From contig JAHBUZ010000011.1 of the NCBI GenBank assembly GCA_019637815.1, forward strand, positions 18,758-82,757: a DNA stretch of 64,000 nucleotides, read 5' to 3'. The notes below the pieces were generated by a model. That model made no database searches. It was given only the letters and a program-made list of their open reading frames with translations, and was not told the origin of the DNA. This document shows positions 18,931-28,439 of this stretch, one piece after another; the stretch's first letter is position 1; every line of letters begins with the position of its first letter. This stretch comes from Chloroflexota bacterium (GTDB lineage: Bacteria; Chloroflexota; Limnocylindria; Limnocylindrales; CSP1-4). Both the position numbers and the translations under genes were made by a program.

Positions 18931-20357
18931 GCCACCCTCCCCTGCGGTCCGATCTCGAGGTACTCGATGCCCAGGAACCGGCTCGCGGCACGCAGCTCGG
19001 GGCGCCGGTCGCCCCGCATGAGCGCGAGGTGGTGCGCCGGCGCCGCGTCGATCCAGGCCGCGCTCGCGCCGGGCATCAGCGGGTCATCGAAGTCGACGGT
19101 GCCACTCGGCCCGTTGAGGTGCTCGAATCCCCGCCCGCTCAGGGCGCCCGCGGAGACCACCAGCCGATGCGGCATCGTCGACGTGCCGGGGCCGAACGCG
19201 GCGATGGTCGCGGGACCCGCGGCGAAGTCGAAGCGGGTCGCGATGCCCATCCCGTGACGCCCGGGGTAGAGCTCGTTGGGGCACAGGCGCGCTGGTGCCG
19301 AGCCGGCCAGCGACAGGTCCGCCATGCCGCACGAGGACACCACCAGCTCGCCCGTGGCGCTCTCCACGAGGTAGCCCTCGCTGTACTGCGCCGCGCCCGC
19401 GACCCGCGCCCCGAGCATCAGCGCGATGGCCGTGACACCGTCGCCGGTGCACGCCACGGGGACGCCCGATGACCATAGCAACGACGACCCGAGACACGCC
19501 ACGACCCCGAGATGCTCGCCCCAGCGGAGCACGTCCGAGTGGCAGTTCAGGGCGATCGCATCCAGCTCCGTCTCCGCCGCGACGGCTTCCAGGAAGCGGT
19601 GGGTGCGCAGGCTGCGCTCCAGCAGCGGCGCCACGCCGTCCATCAGCCGGACACCGGCGGGCAGGCTCGCGAGGGGGACGCCGGACGCCCGCTCGAGCGC
19701 CACGTCCACGACGGGACCATCGATGGTCACGAGCTCGACGCCCAGCGCCTCCGCGTGGGACGGCTCGAGGATGACATCGCCGTACCCCGCGACCGCACCA
19801 CCCAGGAGACCGAGTCGTGCGCCCCGCACGGCATCCGCGGCCGCCGCGCCCCGGACCGCGCGGACCACCGGCTCCGCGTCACCATCCGTGGTCACGGTCA
19901 GGGATCGCCGGCCCTCCCGGGACAGGACGTTCGTGAGCATCACCGAGCCGAGCATGCTCGAGGCACGGGTCGCCTCCACCTCGTCGACGTCCGTGGCGAG
20001 ATGGGCGGTCCGCCGGTCATCCCAGACCACGATGGGCCCCCGGAAGTCGGCGAGCGCGGACGCGCCGAAGGTGGGTGGCGCGGCCATCGTCGCGGCAACG
20101 ACCACGACCCGAACGTCGGCATCCGCGAAGCGCTGGCGCGCGATCGCGGCCGCGGGCTCGCCGTCCAGCAACCCCGAGCGGGTCACCTCGAGACCGTGTG
20201 CCTCCAGGGCCGCCGCGAGCCGCCCGGTGTATGCCTCCTGGGAGGGTCGGTAGTCGGCCGGGAAGTGATCATCGAAGAACGCCCAGTAGGGCGTCAGGAG
20301 GCCGACGCGGATGGGACCCGTGAAGCGCGTGGTGCGCTCGGTGGGTCGACCGGTCAC
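18927..20357 (-). CDS. L-fucose/L-arabinose isomerase-family protein
   Basis: About 476 aa from GTG 20357, overlapping the RidA stop by GTGA. Overall resemblance to the L-arabinose/L-fucose isomerase family. The 5' 170 codons of the track ORF overlap RidA in another frame and were trimmed. Confidence 0.5.
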   Translation of the reverse strand: MTGRPTERTTRFTGPIRVGLLTPYWAFFDDHFPADYRPSQEAYTGRLAAALEAHGLEVTRSGLLDGEPAAAIARQRFADADVRVVVVAATMAAPPTFGASALADFRGPIVVWDDRRTAHLATDVDEVEATRASSMLGSVMLTNVLSREGRRSLTVTTDGDAEPVVRAVRGAAAADAVRGARLGLLGGAVAGYGDVILEPSHAEALGVELVTIDGPVVDVALERASGVPLASLPAGVRLMDGVAPLLERSLRTHRFLEAVAAETELDAIALNCHSDVLRWGEHLGVVACLGSSLLWSSGVPVACTGDGVTAIALMLGARVAGAAQYSEGYLVESATGELVVSSCGMADLSLAGSAPARLCPNELYPGRHGMGIATRFDFAAGPATIAAFGPGTSTMPHRLVVSAGALSGRGFEHLNGPSGTVDFDDPLMPGASAAWIDAAPAHHLALMRGDRRPELRAASRFLGIEYLEIGPQGRVA

Positions 20358-20689
20358 GCGGCGGATGCCTCGACCTCGATCTCGATGAGCATGCCCGGCT
20401 CCACGAGCGCGGTGATGCCCACCGCGGTCGATGGCGGGCAGTGCTCGCCGAAGAACGCGTCGATCTCCTCGCGAGCCTCGGGCCACTGGCGCATGTCGGT
20501 GAGGAAGAAGCGGCAGCGCACGATGTGCGAGCGGTCCCGACCCTCGCCGGCGAGGACCTCCTCGATGCGCTCGAGACAGCGGCGTGTCTGCGGACGGATG
20601 CCGCCCTCCACCACCGGACCCTCGGGCGTGCGCCCGACCATCCCGTTGACGAACAGCAGGTCGCCGGCGCGCCGGACCATGTCGAACAT
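20354..20689 (-). CDS. RidA/YjgF-family enamine/imine deaminase
   Basis: 111 aa with the typical RidA length and motifs (VNGMVGRTPEG, ITALVEPGMLIEIEV). Confidence 0.8.
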   Translation of the reverse strand: MFDMVRRAGDLLFVNGMVGRTPEGPVVEGGIRPQTRRCLERIEEVLAGEGRDRSHIVRCRFFLTDMRQWPEAREEIDAFFGEHCPPSTAVGITALVEPGMLIEIEVEASAA

Positions 20690-20727
20690 GTGCGGACCTC
20701 CGTGGCGCCGGGCCGCCCGGCGCCGGC

Positions 20728-21525
20728 TCAGGGGTTGTAGGAGAACGCCTTGTTGAGGCAGTACATGCCGCCATCGACGAGCAGGTCGGTGCCCGTGATG
20801 AAGGATGCCTTGGACGAGGCCAGGAACACGACCGCGTTCGCGATCTCCTCGGGCCTGCCGAGACGACGCAGCGGCATCCGCTCATCGTAGGCGCCCAGCT
20901 CCTCCTTGCGTCGCTCGGGCGTCAACGCGTCGAGGTAGACCTGGACCACCGGCGTGGCCGTGAAGCCGGGCGACACCGAGCAGACGCGGATGCCCATCGG
21001 TCCCAGCTCCAGGGCGAAGCCCCGGGTGAGTGCCACGACCGCGGCCTTGGCCGCCGAGTACGCCGCGTTCTGGGGGATGGTCACGTATGCGTTGAGCGAT
21101 GCGATGCTCACGATGACCCCGCCGCCCAGGCGCTGCATGCCGGGCAGCGCGGCCTTCATCGTGTGGAACATCGCGGTGACGTCGACGTTGAAGTTCCGCT
21201 CGAAGCTCTCGACGGTCTGCTGGCTCGGGTTGATGAACTCGTACCACGCGGCGTTGTTGACGACGACGCCCACGGTGCCGAGCTCCGCCTCCGCCCGCGC
21301 GAACATCGCCTCCACCTGCGCCCTGACGCCGATGTCGGCGCCGATGCCGATGGCCGTGCCACCGGCCGCGCGCACGGCCTCCACGGTCTCGGCGGTCTTC
21401 GCCTCATCCAGGTCGTTCACCACGACCTGGTCGCCCTCGGCCGCGAAGCCGAGACAGATCGCCCGACCGATGCCGTGGGCGGCGCCCGTCACGAGGACGG
21501 TGCGAGGGGACGGGGGTTCAGCCAT
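20728..21525 (-). CDS. SDR-family oxidoreductase
   Basis: VLVTGAAHGIGRA Rossmann motif, NNAA and YSAAK motifs. Confidence 0.8.
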   Translation of the reverse strand: MAEPPSPRTVLVTGAAHGIGRAICLGFAAEGDQVVVNDLDEAKTAETVEAVRAAGGTAIGIGADIGVRAQVEAMFARAEAELGTVGVVVNNAAWYEFINPSQQTVESFERNFNVDVTAMFHTMKAALPGMQRLGGGVIVSIASLNAYVTIPQNAAYSAAKAAVVALTRGFALELGPMGIRVCSVSPGFTATPVVQVYLDALTPERRKEELGAYDERMPLRRLGRPEEIANAVVFLASSKASFITGTDLLVDGGMYCLNKAFSYNP

Positions 21526-21594
21526 GGTTCCAGCTCCAGTGATGGGTGGCGCGATCGCGGCAGCTGCCGCGATCGCCCCGGTTCGGGTCCGGGA

Positions 21595-22629
21595 TCAGCC
21601 CTGGACCTCGCAATCGAACGCGTTGAAGTACTTGGAGACCTCCGGGTCGTCCATGTTCTCCTGGGTCACGACCACGAACGGGTCCGCGATGACGGTCCGC
21701 TCGTCGGACTTCTCGCGGGTGCCCGCGAGGAACTCGAGGATGCTGGTCACGCCCTGGTAGCCCAGCTCGTAGGGCTTCTGCCCGACCAGCGCGTAGACAT
21801 CACCGTTGCGCAGCCACTCGATCTCGTTGGGCAGCGTGTCCGGCGCCATGACGGTCACCTGGTCGGAGAGCCCGGCCTCCTTGAGCGCCGTGATGACACC
21901 CTGGACGCCGTACAGGTTGGTCCCCCAGACACCCTTGAGGTCCGGATGGGCCTGGAGCACGCCCGAGAACACCTGGGCTGCTGCTGCCGGGTCGTCGCCC
22001 GTGTAATCGGAACCCACGAACTCGATGTTCGGATGGTCGGCGAGGACCTCCCGGAAGCCCGTCAGACGGCCGTCCGTGCTGGGCACGCCGGCCTGGAAGT
22101 CGATGACATAGACCTTGCCGGCGTCACCGATGCGCTCGAACAGGATCTCCGCGGCCATGCGGCCCATGGCCACCTGGTCGGACATCAGCGTGGCGATCTG
22201 GCCGGTGGTCTCCAGCGGCTCCTCGATGATGGACACCGGGATGCCCGCGTCGATGAGCTCCTGGACGATGGGCCCGGCCTCCACCGCGAACACGGCGTCG
22301 ATGACCAGGCCGTCCGGCCCGACCGCGGCCGCCGCCTGGATGACCTGGTTCTGGAGGGTCGCGTCGAACTGGGCTGGTGCCTGGATGTCGATGGTGGCAC
22401 CGGTGTCGCGCCCGGCCACACGTGCGCCGCACTCCATGGAGGCGAAGTAGGGGTTGTTCTGGACACCGCTCACGAGCGTGATGTGCTTGCCCGTGCCGTC
22501 CACGCCGGTCCCCCCGGATGTGTCGGGCGAGGCGGCCGGGGACTGCGCGAGCGCGGCCGGGGCGGCGAGCAGGGTGGCCGCCAGGGCGACGGCTCCTGTG
22601 CCGATGAACGAACGTTTGACCAGATGCAT
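21595..22629 (-). CDS. ribose-type sugar ABC transporter substrate-binding protein
   Basis: Start MHLVKRSFIG at 22629 with a GAGGAGG RBS. Signal peptide ending AALAQS and a PBP type I fold. The track ORF 21595..23916 fuses this gene with the out-of-frame 5' region. Confidence 0.8.
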   Translation of the reverse strand: MHLVKRSFIGTGAVALAATLLAAPAALAQSPAASPDTSGGTGVDGTGKHITLVSGVQNNPYFASMECGARVAGRDTGATIDIQAPAQFDATLQNQVIQAAAAVGPDGLVIDAVFAVEAGPIVQELIDAGIPVSIIEEPLETTGQIATLMSDQVAMGRMAAEILFERIGDAGKVYVIDFQAGVPSTDGRLTGFREVLADHPNIEFVGSDYTGDDPAAAAQVFSGVLQAHPDLKGVWGTNLYGVQGVITALKEAGLSDQVTVMAPDTLPNEIEWLRNGDVYALVGQKPYELGYQGVTSILEFLAGTREKSDERTVIADPFVVVTQENMDDPEVSKYFNAFDCEVQG

Positions 22630-22655
22630 CGGTGCCTCCTCTGCGTGATGCTGGA

Positions 22656-23795
22656 TCAGTCTGGACCGGGCCCGCCGGCAGGCGCCGACGACTCCCCGGG
22701 GATCCCTGGATCGGTGGGTGGTGTCGGCTCGGGAGCCGGACCACCGGTCAGCCCGCGGGAGATGCGCTCCCGCTGGAGCTGGTCGAAGGCGACCGCGACG
22801 ATCAGCATCGTCCCGATCACGATGTTCTGCCAGAAGGGGTCGACGCGGAGGATCACCAGGCCGCTCAGGAGCACCACCGGGATGCTGGTACCGACCACGG
22901 TGCCCGTGATCGTCCCCCGACCGCCGAACAGGCTGGTGCCGCCGATGATCACCGCGGCGATGGCGGCAAGCGCGGTGTTCGTGTATCCCGCGACCGACAC
23001 GGTCGTGAAGCGGGACATGTCGATGATGGCCGCGATGCCCGCGCAGACCCCCACGATCGCGAACACGAGGATCATGAGGCGCCCGATGGGCAGGCCCGCT
23101 CGCCGCGCGGCCTCCCGGTTGGAGCCGACCGCGTAGCAGGCGAGGCCGAGGGTCGTCTGCGACAGCACCACCCAGCCCACGAACGCCACGCTGATGGCGA
23201 TCACGGCCGGCCACGGCACGATGCCCAGCAACGCACCGCGGCCGATGGTGTCGTTCATGGCGCCCGGGACCTGCTGAGACAGCGGGCCGACCGAGATGAG
23301 CTGGGCGATGCCCAGCGCGATGCTGAGCGTGCCCAGGGTCACGATGAACGACGGGATCCGGAGACGGACGGTGATGAGACCGTTGACGACGCCGCACGCG
23401 AGCCCGACGAGCAGCACCACGAGGCAGCCCACGGCGATGGCGACCGCGTCCCCGAGACCCGCATCCACGAGGCTGGTCATGACCTTGATGCCCACGACCC
23501 CCGAGAGCACCAGCACCGAGCCGATGGACAGGTCGAGCTGTCCCGCGATGAGCACGAACGTGACGCCGACCGCCACGACCAGCACGCTCGATGCGGCGAG
23601 GATCATCGCGCGCACGTTCAGGGACGACAGGAAGGCACCGTTGGGTGAGGCGAGCCAGAACGCCACGATGAGCACCACGAGCGCGACGAAGATGGCGCCG
23701 TTGGAGCCGATGAGGAACCGGTCGAGCAGGGCGCGCACGCTTCGGGGCGCCTGCGTGGCGGTCGGGCGGCCCACGGGCACGGCGGGTCCGGTCAT
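22656..23795 (-). CDS. ABC sugar permease (ribose/branched type)
   Basis: Multi-pass membrane protein. The ATG at 23795 overlaps the ATPase stop by ATGA. Confidence 0.8.
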   Translation of the reverse strand: MTGPAVPVGRPTATQAPRSVRALLDRFLIGSNGAIFVALVVLIVAFWLASPNGAFLSSLNVRAMILAASSVLVVAVGVTFVLIAGQLDLSIGSVLVLSGVVGIKVMTSLVDAGLGDAVAIAVGCLVVLLVGLACGVVNGLITVRLRIPSFIVTLGTLSIALGIAQLISVGPLSQQVPGAMNDTIGRGALLGIVPWPAVIAISVAFVGWVVLSQTTLGLACYAVGSNREAARRAGLPIGRLMILVFAIVGVCAGIAAIIDMSRFTTVSVAGYTNTALAAIAAVIIGGTSLFGGRGTITGTVVGTSIPVVLLSGLVILRVDPFWQNIVIGTMLIVAVAFDQLQRERISRGLTGGPAPEPTPPTDPGIPGESSAPAGGPGPD

Positions 23796-24553
23796 GCGGC
23801 GCGGGAGCCGGTGATGGCAGCGACCAGGTCGTCTGCCGTGGCCTCGGCGGTGTGGAAGGTGGCGGCGACGGACCCGAGCCGCATCGCGACCACGCGGTCG
23901 GTGAGCGCGAGGACATCCGCCATGTTGTGGCTGATGAGGACCACGGTCACGCCCTGGTCCCGCACCCGTCGGATGACGTCGTGGACCATCCGCGACTGAC
24001 GCACACCCAGCGCGGCGGTGGGCTCGTCGAGCAGCAGCAGGCGACGCGCCCAGATGAGCGCGCGGGCGATGGCCACCGCCTGCCGCTGACCGCCGGACAG
24101 GTACGAGACCGGGCGGTCGAGACGGGGCAGGTCGATGCCCAGCTGGGTCAGTCGGGTCGCGGCCTCCCGGCGCATGGCGCCCCGGTCCGCGAATCGGAGC
24201 CGGCCGAGGATGCCCGGGCGCACGATCTCGCGTCCCAGGTACAGGTTGATGGCGGGCTCCAGGTCGGGCGCCAGGGCCAGGTCCTGGTACACCGTCTCGA
24301 TGCCATGCGCGCGGGCGTCGTGGGGCCCCTCGAACGTCACGTCCTGCCCATCGACGATGATGGAGCCCGTGTCGGGTCGGATGACCCCGCTTAGGCAGCC
24401 GATGAGGGTGGACTTGCCAGCGCCGTTGTCACCGATGAGGCCGAGGATCTCCCCTTCGTGGATCCGGAGGTCCACGCCCCGCAGCGCCTGGACGTGGCCG
24501 AACGCCTTGCGAAGACCCGTGGCCGTCAGCAGGGTCGCCTCGTGCACATCCAT
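23792..24553 (-). CDS. ABC transporter ATP-binding protein (single ABC domain)
   Basis: Walker A GDNGAGKST, signature LSGGQRQ and Walker B LLLDEPT. Confidence 0.85.
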   Translation of the reverse strand: MDVHEATLLTATGLRKAFGHVQALRGVDLRIHEGEILGLIGDNGAGKSTLIGCLSGVIRPDTGSIIVDGQDVTFEGPHDARAHGIETVYQDLALAPDLEPAINLYLGREIVRPGILGRLRFADRGAMRREAATRLTQLGIDLPRLDRPVSYLSGGQRQAVAIARALIWARRLLLLDEPTAALGVRQSRMVHDVIRRVRDQGVTVVLISHNMADVLALTDRVVAMRLGSVAATFHTAEATADDLVAAITGSRAA

Positions 24554-24575
24554 CCTCTACACTGCGGATCGGGGA

Positions 24576-24593
24576 TGACCAAACGTTTGACCA
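24576..24593. promoter_or_regulatory. candidate LacI operator containing the perfect palindrome CAAACGTTTG
   Basis: The sequence TGACCAAACGTTTGACCA lies in the 57-nt divergent region between the ABC ATPase (minus) and LacI-3 (plus). The central CG palindrome is typical of LacI/GalR operators. Confidence 0.4.
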
Positions 24594-24610
24594 AGGCTAC
24601 GAGGTCGAGT

Positions 24611-25762
24611 ATGGCGCCGTCAAGAGGAAAGACGGGTCAGACCAGTGTCGATCAGGATGCCAGCGTGTCCTCGACCGGCGGATCGCGTCCCGCCACGCTG
24701 CGGGACGTGGCAGCCCATGCGGACGTGGACGTGAGCGTCGTGTCACGGGTCGTCAACGGCGACCCTCGGCTGCGCGTCTCGGACGCGACGAGGGAGCGGG
24801 TCGAACGGTCCCTGCGGATCCTCGACTATCGGCCCAACGTCCAGGCCCGGGGTCTGCGCCTTGCGCGCACCTGGACCATCGGCTTCGTCCTGCCCGACCT
24901 GATGAACCCCTTCTACGCACCGATCGTGGAGGGCGCGGAGCAACGGGCCTCCGAGCTCGGCTACATGGTGGTCATCGTGCGCGAGCTCGATCGGGCGCGG
25001 GCGGACGACCCGGAGCTGGCCTTCGCGCGCCTGCTCCACGAGGACCGCGTGGATGGGCTGCTCGTGGCGTCGGGGCGTGTGGATGACGACGTCCTGCGGA
25101 CGCTCGACCGGGGTCGGCGACCGCTCGTCATCGTCAACCGGCGGGTGCCGGGGGTGGCCGGCAGCGTGGTCGTCGATGACCAGGCCGCCGCAGAGGTCGC
25201 CACGTCGCATCTCATCGACCTCGGCCATCGGCGCCTCGGACATGTGGCCGGACCGTCGGGCATCGACAACACGCTCCGGCGGCACGCAGGGGTGGCTGCC
25301 GCAGCGGCGCGGGGCGGGGCGATGCTCGTCACGGCCCATGGCGAGGGATGGGACCCGGAGTCCGGCCACACCGCGGCACTGCGACTCCTCGCCACACACG
25401 ATGTCACGGGTGTCGTCGCCACCAACATCATCGTGGCCGCCGGCGTCGTCGGCGCGGCGCAGGAGCTCGGTCGACGCGTGCCGGAGGACCTGAGCGTGGT
25501 GGCACTCCACGACTTCCCGGTCGCACCGTTCCTGCGACCATCGCTCACCACCGTCGTCCTGCCCCTGGAGGAGCTGGGACGCCAAGCCGTGGACGAGCTG
25601 ATGTGGCGCCTCGCGGGGAATGCCCGCCGCGAGATCACGATCGCCGGCAGACCGCGACTCGTGCTGCGCGACTCGGCCGGGCCGCCACGCGACGAGGGCG
25701 TCCCGGCGCGCGACCCAGGCGCACGAGCCCTCGATGGCCGACGGGTCAGACCGCGGGGATGA
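24611..25762 (+). CDS. LacI-family transcriptional regulator (paralog 3)
   Basis: HTH sequence TLRDVAAHADVDVSVVSRVVNG plus a sugar-binding domain. ATG at 24611. It converges on the PTE-3 gene with a 17-nt 3' overlap. Confidence 0.8.
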   Translation: MAPSRGKTGQTSVDQDASVSSTGGSRPATLRDVAAHADVDVSVVSRVVNGDPRLRVSDATRERVERSLRILDYRPNVQARGLRLARTWTIGFVLPDLMNPFYAPIVEGAEQRASELGYMVVIVRELDRARADDPELAFARLLHEDRVDGLLVASGRVDDDVLRTLDRGRRPLVIVNRRVPGVAGSVVVDDQAAAEVATSHLIDLGHRRLGHVAGPSGIDNTLRRHAGVAAAAARGGAMLVTAHGEGWDPESGHTAALRLLATHDVTGVVATNIIVAAGVVGAAQELGRRVPEDLSVVALHDFPVAPFLRPSLTTVVLPLEELGRQAVDELMWRLAGNARREITIAGRPRLVLRDSAGPPRDEGVPARDPGARALDGRRVRPRG

Positions 25763-26699
25763 TCGCCCGTCGCGGCTGCTCGATGACGAGGCCGCGCAGC
25801 TCCTCGTCCGTGAGACCGCGCTCCCGGAGCATGCCCATGAAGTCCCGCGGCAGGTAGTCGTAGCCGGTGCCGCCGTAGGCGCGCAGCATCGACAGGGCGC
25901 ACACGTCGTGGGACAGCAGCACCCGGTCCAGGAATCCCCGCCGTCGCGCCTCCAGCAGGTAGCGTACCCGGCGCTCGGGGACGAGCGGCACCCGACCCCG
26001 GATGCAGTCGTACTGGACCCACGCGCCGCGGCGGGCGATCGCCTCGTGGTAGTCCAGGTCGGGATCGGTGTCCGTGTGGCCCACGATGATGCGCTCGGGC
26101 CGGACACCGGCATCCTCGAGGATGTCCAGCTGCGCGATGCCGACCTGGCCGAACCGGGCGTGGAGCGTGATGGGCAGTCCGGTCCGGGCGTGCGCGATGG
26201 CCGCCGCCCGGAGCGTGCGCTCCTCGGCCGGGCTCACGAAGTCGCGGTCCGCGCCCAGCTCCCCGATGATGCCCGGTCGGATGCCGGTGCCATCGACCCC
26301 CTGCTCGATCTCCGCGGTCAGCAGCTCGGCCAGCCCGCGCGTGCTGCGCTCCGCGAACCCCGGCTCGTACCACGGCTCGCGATACCGGCCGCAACCCATG
26401 ACCACGGGCAGGTCGAGCGACTCGGAGACCCGTCGCAGGAACAGCGGGTCCCGGCCCATCCGTGCATCGGTGGTGACATCCACGATCCAGGGACTGCCGG
26501 GCCACCCGGCAGCCTGGACCGCGTCCCGGAACAGGCGCACCTCATCGGTCTGGAGCTCCTCGTCGATGAGCTGGAAGTCGAACGCGAGCATCGCGGCCGG
26601 GAAGACGCTGATGAGGTCGATGCGCAGGTGCTCGTGGGGCAGGCCGAAGCCCAGGGTCGAAGCATCGACGGGCCCCCGGACCGTCATGACCTGGTCCAT
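25746..26699 (-). CDS. phosphotriesterase-family protein (PTE-like lactonase), paralog 3
   Basis: GFGLPHEHL metal motif with a PTE-family core (GIIGELG and others). Confidence 0.8.
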   Translation of the reverse strand: MDQVMTVRGPVDASTLGFGLPHEHLRIDLISVFPAAMLAFDFQLIDEELQTDEVRLFRDAVQAAGWPGSPWIVDVTTDARMGRDPLFLRRVSESLDLPVVMGCGRYREPWYEPGFAERSTRGLAELLTAEIEQGVDGTGIRPGIIGELGADRDFVSPAEERTLRAAAIAHARTGLPITLHARFGQVGIAQLDILEDAGVRPERIIVGHTDTDPDLDYHEAIARRGAWVQYDCIRGRVPLVPERRVRYLLEARRRGFLDRVLLSHDVCALSMLRAYGGTGYDYLPRDFMGMLRERGLTDEELRGLVIEQPRRAIIPAV

Positions 26700-26708
26700 G
26701 GTGCTGCC

Positions 26709-27185
26709 CTACTCGTTGGGCGTGCCGTCGAAGGCCTGCTTCGACGTGATGAACTCCACCCGGATGCCGTCAGGGTCGATCATGTACACCGCGCGGCCAC
26801 CGGTGTTGGGCCCGATGGTCGGCGTGACGGGCGGGTTGACCGATCGGACGCCCTTGGCCACGAGCTCCTCGTACAGGGCGTCACAGTCATCCGTGAAGAA
26901 CGCGAGATGCGCGGTGCCGGGGTTCGCGGTCCGGGTGTCGACGGGCGTCTTCTCGACGTTGCGGTATTCGAGGATCTCCAGGAACACGCCGGTGTCCGCG
27001 GGCATCCGCAGGACCGCCGCGTGGATGTCCGCGTCGGGGTAGCCCACGATGGTCCGGATGTACTCCGCCTGCGGGTTCCACTGGAACACCACCTCGAAGC
27101 CGAGGATGTCGCGATAGAAGGCCAGCGACCGTTCGAGGTCGGCGACCTGGATACCCATGTGATGCGGGCGCGTGATGGTGGGCAT
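26709..27185 (-). CDS. VOC-family protein (glyoxalase/bleomycin-resistance/dioxygenase fold)
   Basis: Start MPTITRPHHMGIQVADLERSLAFYRDILGFEV at 27185 with a GGAGG RBS. The N-terminal 92 codons in the track are out-of-context extension. Confidence 0.7.
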   Translation of the reverse strand: MPTITRPHHMGIQVADLERSLAFYRDILGFEVVFQWNPQAEYIRTIVGYPDADIHAAVLRMPADTGVFLEILEYRNVEKTPVDTRTANPGTAHLAFFTDDCDALYEELVAKGVRSVNPPVTPTIGPNTGGRAVYMIDPDGIRVEFITSKQAFDGTPNE

Positions 27186-27249
27186 CGGGAACCTCCGGAG
27201 TGACGCGACAAGGATGGGAGCGGGAGCGGCGACTGCGGTCGAGGGTGGG

Positions 27250-28398
27250 CTACAGGTCGTCCAGCAGGCCCTGGGTATCGGTGACCTGCGACTGCCGGGC
27301 GATCCACGCAGGGTCGACCAGCACGCCGAAGCCGGGCAGGTCCGGCAGCGGGTCCATGAGGCCATCGCGCACGACGGGCTGCACGAGCGGATCGTCCATG
27401 GGGTGGACGCCCGTGTACGGCACGCCCCATTCGATGGGCACGTCGGTGTGCCCGAGGGCACCCATCACCTGGCTGTGGATGTGGGGATACATGTGGGTCG
27501 AGAGCTGGTTGCCGTGCGCCTTGACCTGCTGGGCGATGCCCCGCAGCCGGGTGATGCCACCGTTGGTGGTGGCGTCCACCCGATTGACGTCCACGGCATC
27601 GAACCTCAGCAGCGCCTGGGGATGGTAGGAACCACCCTGCTCGTCACCCATGGCGACGGGGGTGCTGATGCCCTCGCGGATCTCGCGCACCATCTGGGCG
27701 TCCCCGGGGGGCACGATGTCCTCGAACCAGCCGATGTCCAGCCCGTCCAGCCGCTTCCCGAACTCGATGGCATCCGCGGACGTCTTGTGCAGGAAGTTGG
27801 CGTCGATGCCCAGCCACGCCTCCGGGTACGCCTCGCGGGCCGCCTGGAGCCGGGCGATCGATTCGTCACGCGTGGGCCCGATGGGCAGCTTGAAGCGCCG
27901 CCATCCCTGGTCCCAGAGCGCTGTGATCTGGTCCACGGTCGCCTGCGGGCTGATGCTCGGGGGATAGCCCACGATGCCCGTCACGGGCATGCGCTCCCGA
28001 CCACCCCCCAGATACGCGGTGATGTTCTGACCCGCTGCCTTCGCGGCGAGGTCCCAGGCAGCGCAATCCACGACCGACAGGGCGCGCATGCCGATGCCCG
28101 CCGCGTGGACCGAGTTGTTCGACCAGAGGGCCTTGTGGAACACGGCCTCCGGGTCGGTGATCGGCTCGCCGACGTACTGGGGCGCGATGGTGCGCTCCAC
28201 GATCGCGGCGATGGGGCCATCCCGGGTCAGACCGTAGGCGAAGCCCGTGAGCCCGCTCTCGGCGTCGATGCGCACGAGGAAGAACTCGCGGTGGCGCATG
28301 ATCCAGGTGCCGAAGACGATGGGCACCTCGAGCTCATGCAGGATGGTGACAGCGCGGACACGGACGATGCGATCGACGTCGGGCAACGGGACCTCCAC
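27250..28398 (-). CDS. enolase-superfamily protein (mandelate racemase/muconate-lactonizing-enzyme family; probable sugar-acid dehydratase), paralog 1
   Basis: MR/MLE architecture (N-terminal capping domain, KLPIG motif, metal-binding D/E residues). GTG start at 28398. It is co-linear with paralog 2. Confidence 0.8.
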   Translation of the reverse strand: MEVPLPDVDRIVRVRAVTILHELEVPIVFGTWIMRHREFFLVRIDAESGLTGFAYGLTRDGPIAAIVERTIAPQYVGEPITDPEAVFHKALWSNNSVHAAGIGMRALSVVDCAAWDLAAKAAGQNITAYLGGGRERMPVTGIVGYPPSISPQATVDQITALWDQGWRRFKLPIGPTRDESIARLQAAREAYPEAWLGIDANFLHKTSADAIEFGKRLDGLDIGWFEDIVPPGDAQMVREIREGISTPVAMGDEQGGSYHPQALLRFDAVDVNRVDATTNGGITRLRGIAQQVKAHGNQLSTHMYPHIHSQVMGALGHTDVPIEWGVPYTGVHPMDDPLVQPVVRDGLMDPLPDLPGFGVLVDPAWIARQSQVTDTQGLLDDL

Positions 28399-28439
28399 TT
28401 CACTGGCCTGACCAGTCTAACGACCGGCGGCACCGAGGG

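Noticed and set aside
21163-23136. 657-aa plus-strand ORF, and the 773-aa minus ORF 21595..23916
   Set aside because: The plus ORF is antisense to the SBP and permease genes. The 773-aa minus ORF is an artefactual merger: the SBP begins internally at 22629 with its own RBS, and the permease is in another frame.
28399-28439. Small inverted repeat ACTGGcctgaCCAGT between an SDR and the enolase gene
   Set aside because: Only 5-bp arms. It is too weak to call a terminator or operator.
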